Below, in pieces: positions 58,147 to 64,000 of a stretch of DNA of 64,000 bases. Origin of the DNA: a virus. The notes beneath the pieces are model-generated. The model worked only from the letters and a program-made list of their open reading frames with translations, made no database searches and was not told the origin of the DNA. The stretch covers positions 1-64,000 of IMG/VR virus record IMGVR_UViG_3300012931_000015. One strand, given 5' to 3'. The translations under genes were made by a program, and so were the position numbers. Each line of letters starts with the position of its first letter. The stretch's first letter is position 1.

Positions 58147-58458
58147 TTATTTTACCTTTTTATTTGCAATTTTTTTAGTTTTCTTTTTTACTGTTTTTTT
58201 CTTAGGGGGAAAGTCATCATAAGGAAATATGTCATAACCTAAAACAACAACCCAAAAACTTTTAAACTTTTTTAAACTAAAAATAGTATAATCTGTTTCT
58301 TCAAGTTTATTGTATAAATGAATATATTCTTTATTGCTCTTGAACTTGACATAACACATTTGAATAAAAGAATCATCGTCAATGAATTGCTCAAAGGCTT
58401 GAACTTCATCAACAATATCTGATACATAATTTAATAAGTTTCCCTGCGACACTATCAT
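58147..58458 (-). CDS. hypothetical protein
   Basis: ORF with RBS and TTGACA promoter. Confidence 0.55.
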   Translation of the reverse strand: MIVSQGNLLNYVSDIVDEVQAFEQFIDDDSFIQMCYVKFKSNKEYIHLYNKLEETDYTIFSLKKFKSFWVVVLGYDIFPYDDFPPKKKTVKKKTKKIANKKVK

Positions 58459-58529
58459 AACTAATAAATTTTCCTTTTCAATTATAAAGTATTGATGTTA
58501 TTTTATAATCAAATCGTTTCTATGTCAAG

Positions 58530-59636
58530 CTAATTTTTATAACTTTTGTATTTTTTTAACACTTCAATTATTTTATTTTTATCATAAGTTTCAGCTACAT
58601 CTCTAAATTCATCTATCATATTTTTTAATTCTACATAATTTAAACATTTAAAATTGTGATCGCTTTCTTTTAAATACAAAAGTCTATCAAATTTAGTTTT
58701 TCCAAGATTACTTTTTTTAAGGGTCAATTCTTCTTCAAGTTTTTCACCTTCTGTTATTCCTATAGTATTTACGGGATAAGTATAACTATCATAGCCATAA
58801 AGTTTTAAAAGTTTTTTTATTATGTCAAGTATTTTAATTTGTTTACCCATATCCAGTATAAATATTTCACCTTTATCTAAAGTCAAAGATTTTATGACAA
58901 GTTTACTTGCTTCACTTATAGACATAAAAAATCTTTTCATATCAGGATGAGTAATTGTGATAGGCTCATTATTTTCTATTTGGTGCTTAAACAGAGGTAT
59001 AGCCGATCCCCTGCTTCCGATAACATTTCCAAATCTAACAATAGAAAACTTTGTTATATCTTGATTATTGTTTAATGAAAGCATTATTTTTTCAACAATA
59101 TTTTTTGTAGCCCCCATTATAGATGTTGGATTTACACTTTTATCTGTGCTTATACTTAAAAAATGTTTTACTTTATTTTCGATAGCCACTAATGCACAAT
59201 TGTAAGAACCAATAATATTCGTCTTTAAAGTTTCATCAGGAAATTTCTCGGCGAAGAAAACGTGCTTTAGGGCAGACGCATGAATGCAAATATCCGGTTT
59301 ATATTTATTCACAACATATCTTAATTTTTCTATATCTCGAATATCACCGATTATATAATCAATAATGTGTTTATGATCTACTTTCTGAATAGTATTATAA
59401 CAGCTAAACTCTCCATGAGTGAAAGATACTATTTTTTTAACAGGTAATTGTAAAAGTTGAATGAGAATTTCTGAACCTATCGAACCGGATGCCCCGGTAA
59501 TAAAAATAGTTTTGTCCTTGTAAAAATCAGATATGAGTTCAGGCTCTAGCTTTATTTCAGGTCTACCAAGAAGATCACTTTGATTACATAAAAAAGTTTC
59601 TTGATTTTTGTATTCTTTTGTGGTAATATCAGACAC
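58530..59636 (-). CDS. CapD/PglF-like NDP-sugar 4,6-dehydratase (soluble domain only)
   Basis: DLLGRP, ITGASGSIGSE, HASALKHV, STDKSVNPTSIMGATK, VRFGNVIGSRGS, GEKLEEEL. Confidence 0.9.
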   Translation of the reverse strand: MSDITTKEYKNQETFLCNQSDLLGRPEIKLEPELISDFYKDKTIFITGASGSIGSEILIQLLQLPVKKIVSFTHGEFSCYNTIQKVDHKHIIDYIIGDIRDIEKLRYVVNKYKPDICIHASALKHVFFAEKFPDETLKTNIIGSYNCALVAIENKVKHFLSISTDKSVNPTSIMGATKNIVEKIMLSLNNNQDITKFSIVRFGNVIGSRGSAIPLFKHQIENNEPITITHPDMKRFFMSISEASKLVIKSLTLDKGEIFILDMGKQIKILDIIKKLLKLYGYDSYTYPVNTIGITEGEKLEEELTLKKSNLGKTKFDRLLYLKESDHNFKCLNYVELKNMIDEFRDVAETYDKNKIIEVLKKYKSYKN

Positions 59637-59757
59637 AATCTTTTTCCTTTTAGCAATTTTTATTTTTTTGTAAGAAATTTTATCGTAAGTTACTTTTATT
59701 AGTAATTAAAAAAGGAAATTATTAAAATGTTGACTTATTTTGTAATTGTAAATAAAT

Positions 59758-59817
59758 TGTAAATTATTAAAATATATTCAAATTATACTTGACTTATTTA
59801 TTTTATTTTGGTATTAT
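59758..59817 (+). promoter_or_regulatory. conserved early promoter, copy 2
   Basis: 50/53 identical to 37011-37063; TTGACT-17-TATTAT. Confidence 0.75.
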
Positions 59818-59825
59818 ACTATAGT

Positions 59826-59929
59826 AGATTAAAAAAGCTAAAGGTAGAGAAACGAACGGCGTGAAATGAGAGCCCGGCAATGTGGGTAGCGCAGAAATTC
59901 TCATTAAGTCCTACTTTTAGTTTTGATTT
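59826..59929 (+). ncRNA. putative structured RNA of unknown class
   Basis: GC-rich island; stems AAAGCTAAAGGTAG/CTACTTTTAGTTTT, AATGAGAG/TTCTCATT, GCCCG/TGGGT; starts at the predicted TSS. Confidence 0.5.
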
Positions 59930-59961
59930 ATTATGAATACAACTAATTAAGGATAAAAACT

Positions 59962-60267
59962 GTGAAAAAAATAGTTATATGTAACAACTGCAAAAAAATA
60001 TGGATAATGCCTATTAAGAAATGTGATTGTGGATCAATTGCTTTGACTGAAACTCATTCTAGTAATGAACAATTTGCAGAAAACAAAAAAATAAATTACA
60101 AACTTGAATGTTTAAAAATACACCCTAAACTAAAAGCATCAAAAGTTAATGGAACAGCATTTTATCATATTATTACTGGTAATCAGATGTGTCATACTAC
60201 TTATTCTGGTTTTTGTGATACTATAACTGAAGCTTGGAAAAATTGCTATTTAAAATTAAAAGGATAA
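59962..60267 (+). CDS. hypothetical zinc-ribbon protein
   Basis: CNNC...CDCG; AAGGA RBS. Confidence 0.6.
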   Translation: MKKIVICNNCKKIWIMPIKKCDCGSIALTETHSSNEQFAENKKINYKLECLKIHPKLKASKVNGTAFYHIITGNQMCHTTYSGFCDTITEAWKNCYLKLKG

Positions 60268-60271
60268 AATT

Positions 60272-60640
60272 ATGAACTTTGAAGATTTTAAAAATGATCC
60301 GCAAAAACTACTAAATAATTTTGTGCTGTTTGAACAAGGTATGTCTTATGATTCTAATACTTACAAAGCTATAAAAAAAATTGAAAAAATAACTAAAACA
60401 GGATTTAGAATAAGTAATTATTCTGGTTTATTTGATATACATGATGGATATTTAAAAGGAAGAAGTATAGGAGTTATAACTAATTGTAAACTTTTAACTG
60501 AAGAAGAAGTAATAAAATTAAAAGTTGAATGGACACTGAAAAAAGATATAAAAACTAAAAAGACAGAGATCGAAAATCAAATTAAAAATTTAAATGATAT
60601 TGAGAAAATAAATAAGATATTAGACATATTAAAAGGATAA
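60272..60640 (+). CDS. hypothetical protein
   Basis: Early island operon. Confidence 0.6.
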   Translation: MNFEDFKNDPQKLLNNFVLFEQGMSYDSNTYKAIKKIEKITKTGFRISNYSGLFDIHDGYLKGRSIGVITNCKLLTEEEVIKLKVEWTLKKDIKTKKTEIENQIKNLNDIEKINKILDILKG

Positions 60641-60643
60641 ATT

Positions 60644-61363
60644 ATGAGTGAAGATAAATTTAAAATATCTGTTCCGGTTTCTTTAGGTAGTCATACAAAA
60701 GATACATATATTACTGTTACAATGGGAGCAGTATATAATGATAGGCAAATTGATTTTAAGACAGTATTAAAAGATGAAGTCTATAATACACTTATTGATA
60801 ATGGTTATATACCCGGATATGAAAGTAAAGACGTTGGTGCTTATGGTTCTGGTTTTTCAAAAACTATCAAAGCACCCACTTTGGAATCATTAGTAACTCG
60901 CATAAAAATTATTTACAGTCATTATGAAATAGTTAAAAAAATTAGTGAAACTCCTAAGAATAAAATATTATGTATTTCTTTTAGTTCTAAAAGCGGAGAA
61001 GCTTCTTCTAGCTGGAACGGGGTAAAAAAAGGTTTTATAACAAATATCGAGTTTAAATATTTTGTTGGATATAAAAGTGTTGTTAATTATAAAGATTATC
61101 ATGGAGAAGATAAATCTCAAATAACTTATTATAATGATAACTGTGAAATATTTAATTTAAATTATGATAAGATTGATCGTGAATACAAAATAATAGAATG
61201 GACTCAGGAAAGAGAAAACTTTATTGTCAAATTAGCTGAATCTTTTGAGACATTGGAAAATAATCTTTCAGAGTTTTTAAAAGATATTTCACAGGAAAAA
61301 TTTGATAACATAATAAATCAAATGTCTTCAATTAAATTTTTGGAGGATAATAATGGAAAATAA
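60644..61363 (+). CDS. hypothetical protein
   Basis: Early island operon. Confidence 0.65.
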   Translation: MSEDKFKISVPVSLGSHTKDTYITVTMGAVYNDRQIDFKTVLKDEVYNTLIDNGYIPGYESKDVGAYGSGFSKTIKAPTLESLVTRIKIIYSHYEIVKKISETPKNKILCISFSSKSGEASSSWNGVKKGFITNIEFKYFVGYKSVVNYKDYHGEDKSQITYYNDNCEIFNLNYDKIDREYKIIEWTQERENFIVKLAESFETLENNLSEFLKDISQEKFDNIINQMSSIKFLEDNNGK

Positions 61364-61847
61364 ATTTGATTCAGAAAACACTTATTGGAACGGAAAAGGA
61401 AAATATGAAATTCTGTTAAAAAAATTAAGTCCTTTATTACCTAGAGAAGGTTTTACTGAAAACGCCTATTTAAATTTGCTAATCCTTACAAAAAATATTT
61501 ATTATGATATTTATAATAATGGAGGATGCAACTTAGATAGCAAATATTATAAAGAAAAAATAAATGAATATGTAATGCCCTTTGCAAAAGAAACAGGTTT
61601 TAAAAAATATTTAATAAAAAAGACAAAAGATTATAATTATGAAATGTTAGAAGAATTTGTAGATAAAGTAATTTTATTTGCTTATTCACATAATGTTGAT
61701 TTTTATGGTTTTCCTTTAGGTAAAAACTTAGAGGATTTTTATGCTGTTGTAGAAGGTTTAAAATTTGAAGGACAGGAATCCAGAGCACAGGCTGTCATAT
61801 ATTTAATTGAACGTTGTAAATTAGCTGAAGAAAAAATATTAAAATAA
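61353..61847 (+). CDS. hypothetical protein
   Basis: TYWNGKGKYE...YYDIYNNGGCN. Confidence 0.65.
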   Translation: MENKFDSENTYWNGKGKYEILLKKLSPLLPREGFTENAYLNLLILTKNIYYDIYNNGGCNLDSKYYKEKINEYVMPFAKETGFKKYLIKKTKDYNYEMLEEFVDKVILFAYSHNVDFYGFPLGKNLEDFYAVVEGLKFEGQESRAQAVIYLIERCKLAEEKILK

Positions 61848-61859
61848 AGGGATAACAAA

Positions 61860-62063
61860 ATGGATAGTGATACAATTAAAAAAGGAACTCTCTTACGCTA
61901 TAGTAATCATAGTGGGTATCATGTTATAGAATATGACCATGAAGAAATTGATGGAAATAGTAGCACGATGTATGGATATTGGGATGGAGGAAATGTTCTT
62001 ATAAAAAAAGAAATGTTCAGGTTTGAAGGTGTTTTACAATCAGGCTGGGAAATAATAAAATAG
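61860..62063 (+). CDS. hypothetical protein
   Basis: Early island operon. Confidence 0.55.
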   Translation: MDSDTIKKGTLLRYSNHSGYHVIEYDHEEIDGNSSTMYGYWDGGNVLIKKEMFRFEGVLQSGWEIIK

Positions 62064-62177
62064 AGAGGTAAGCATGAATCTTTTTTTAAAAATATGGAGC
62101 ATTATAAGCATAATCATTTCCATACCAGTATGTTTATTTTTTGGTTATATACTCTTAGTTGTAATGGAGGTTATATA

Positions 62178-62354
62178 ATGTTAGATCAGCTTTTAAAAGA
62201 AATAAATGATTTAAAAGAAGCTAAAAATTTGCTGGATAGAATACTAACTTATTATGATATTTATGGACAGCAGATAGACAACGAAAGATTATTTAAAGAT
62301 GATTTATTAAATAAAGATTTAAGGTTATATGAAAAGTTTGATGATAGCGAATGA
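62178..62354 (+). CDS. hypothetical protein
   Basis: GGAGG RBS before MLDQLL. Confidence 0.5.
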   Translation: MLDQLLKEINDLKEAKNLLDRILTYYDIYGQQIDNERLFKDDLLNKDLRLYEKFDDSE

Positions 62355-62377
62355 AACAATAAAAAAGAGGTTATAAT

Positions 62378-62668
62378 ATGTCAGAACAATTTTTAAAAGA
62401 CAGAAAAACAATTTGGGAGCAAATCGTTGAGAAGAAAGAAAAATTTATTGGGAAAATTTTAGTTGATACAGATTTTAACGTTATTTGTGAAACCAAAATT
62501 AAAGATATAACTTTAACACCTAATGGGGATAGCTACTTTTTTGCAGTAAAAGGCGAAAACTTTAATTGTGGCTTTGATATAAAAGTAGGGGGAGTTAGCT
62601 CTAGTAAAAAAGAAAACGAGATATTGCGATTCTCTACTCTTTATTCAGGTGATTTTTATATTAAATAA
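62378..62668 (+). CDS. hypothetical protein
   Basis: GAGG RBS. Confidence 0.6.
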   Translation: MSEQFLKDRKTIWEQIVEKKEKFIGKILVDTDFNVICETKIKDITLTPNGDSYFFAVKGENFNCGFDIKVGGVSSSKKENEILRFSTLYSGDFYIK

Positions 62669-62677
62669 AAAATAAAT

Positions 62678-62941
62678 TTAGCTGTTGTTGAAATCTTCTA
62701 ATTCGCCGAGATCGCAAATACCATACTCAGTATATCCAATTTCTTCTTCCAGTCTAAAAGCTTCTTTTAGTGCGGATTTTTTTGTTTTGAAAATTTTAGA
62801 ATCTTTGAAATAACTTTTTATTACTTTTTTCCGTGCTTTAGTATTTGGTTTATGATAAAAAATATTGTCAATAGCTTGATCGTGAATTACTCTATAACCA
62901 TCTGAAAACTTTGCTAAATATATGCCGTTGTCGGAACTCAT
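62678..62941 (-). CDS. hypothetical protein
   Basis: MSSDNGIY...TEYGI. Confidence 0.6.
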   Translation of the reverse strand: MSSDNGIYLAKFSDGYRVIHDQAIDNIFYHKPNTKARKKVIKSYFKDSKIFKTKKSALKEAFRLEEEIGYTEYGICDLGELEDFNNS

Positions 62942-62947
62942 TGGGGG

Positions 62948-63811
62948 TTATGCCTTTTTATATTTGTAAGGATTCCCTAAATCTTTTTTCATTTCTTCTA
63001 TGTGGCACAATAATTCATTAAAGGGCATAGTACAAGTTGCATTCATTATTTCTGAGTTCTTCTTATAAAGAGGGTCTATTCTTATAGCCTCTAAATTTAC
63101 ACGTTCATGAAATAAATGATATATGTTGTGATTTAATCTTGGATTCCAATCCCTCTTCTGAGATTCTAACACCCTGCTAATTCTATAGTAATACTCGTCA
63201 TCTTCACACCCCCAGCCTCTCATTTTTTCATCCATACCACCAATTGATAAATGAAAATTTCTTTTAACAAAGTAACAGCCTCCGACTTTATTAATTTGGC
63301 TTGAAGGTCTACCATACCTGCATACTTGATTAGGAAAATCTAACTGTCCGGTCTTTTTCCAGATTTTAGTTTGTTCTGGGTTAAGATCAATAAAATTTTC
63401 GTAGCACCATAAAACTTCATAAGGAAAATTAAATTTATCTTTTCCTGATATAAGAGTTTGTAAAGATTTTAAAATGGTTTCTTTCTTTAAAATTATATCA
63501 TTATCAGAACACAAGCATATATCCGCATGACTTAAATTAACACCAACATTCATACCCCACGATCTGTTGAATTCTTTATCACTATAACAAAATTGAGTTA
63601 TGAAAGGTATTGAAAGTTTTACTTGCTGTTGAAGTTTATCAATACGAGTGTGAGTATCCTGCTCGATTATCCAAATATCAAACTTTAGATTAGGCTGAAC
63701 TCTCATTATTTCATTAAAAGTTCTGTCATAATATTTTAGTTGATAAAATAGATTTTCTTTTCTTTCTTCTGAATTTTGTCTATGACATATTACAAGACTT
63801 ATGTTTATCAT
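62948..63811 (-). CDS. GT2/GT7 (galactosyltransferase-like) glycosyltransferase
   Basis: IIEQD, FNRSWGMNVG, SDND, GGMDEKMRGWGCEDDE, HLFH. Confidence 0.85.
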   Translation of the reverse strand: MINISLVICHRQNSEERKENLFYQLKYYDRTFNEIMRVQPNLKFDIWIIEQDTHTRIDKLQQQVKLSIPFITQFCYSDKEFNRSWGMNVGVNLSHADICLCSDNDIILKKETILKSLQTLISGKDKFNFPYEVLWCYENFIDLNPEQTKIWKKTGQLDFPNQVCRYGRPSSQINKVGGCYFVKRNFHLSIGGMDEKMRGWGCEDDEYYYRISRVLESQKRDWNPRLNHNIYHLFHERVNLEAIRIDPLYKKNSEIMNATCTMPFNELLCHIEEMKKDLGNPYKYKKA

Positions 63812-64000
63812 AATTTTTTATTTCCCTTATAATTTTTGTTTTTATATTGTATAATATATAATATATTATATATTTTTTTGGTAGTAAGTGGTGTATATTA
63901 TATTTTTTTATTAATTCATAGTTTATTTTATTCTTTTTTTCATTATTTTTTACTGCACATAAAGGTCTTAAATTTTTTAAATTCCAACATTTTTTAAAAT

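Noticed and set aside
59826-59929. Hammerhead, twister or c-di-GMP riboswitch identity for the structured RNA
   Set aside because: GAAAC is present but there is no CUGAUGA core, and other consensus cores are not matched; left unclassified
1-64000. Stop-codon reassignment as seen in some jumbo phages
   Set aside because: Conserved genes are full length in code 11, all three stops are used, and the tRNA is a normal Gln(UUG)

Overview
AT-rich segment of a large lytic myovirus-like (probably jumbo) phage genome in the standard genetic code. 1-19.3 kb: replication/recombination genes (HD hydrolase, RecA, GroES, AEP-like protein beside a candidate origin, SbcD/Mre11, primase, DnaC-like ATPase, RecD2) plus tRNA-Gln. 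26.4-50 kb: baseplate/tail/lysis genes interrupted by homing endonucleases and an early-gene island. 50-64 kb: M23 peptidase, intein-containing DnaX, a sugar-nucleotide/glycosyltransferase cluster and a second early island. Mobile and RNA-guided elements are abundant. The main observation is a solo TnpB (11457-12797) bounded not by IS200/IS605 hairpin ends but by IS1595-type terminal inverted repeats and a perfect 8-bp target duplication. Its left end is 24/26 identical to the TIR of a 6.36-kb IS1595 cargo transposon nearby (19459-25816), so it looks like a TnpB mobilised in trans by a DDE transposase, an arrangement reminiscent of Fanzor. Also present: a complete IS605 (tnpA-tnpB), a third solo TnpB, two orphan OMEGA RNA scaffolds (one IscB-type, one TnpB-type behind a phage promoter motif), twin type I toxin-like modules, Cas2-like cargo, an unexplained structured RNA and a candidate late-promoter motif TACTAATA. 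All protein assignments come from motif recognition by eye; no database searches were run.
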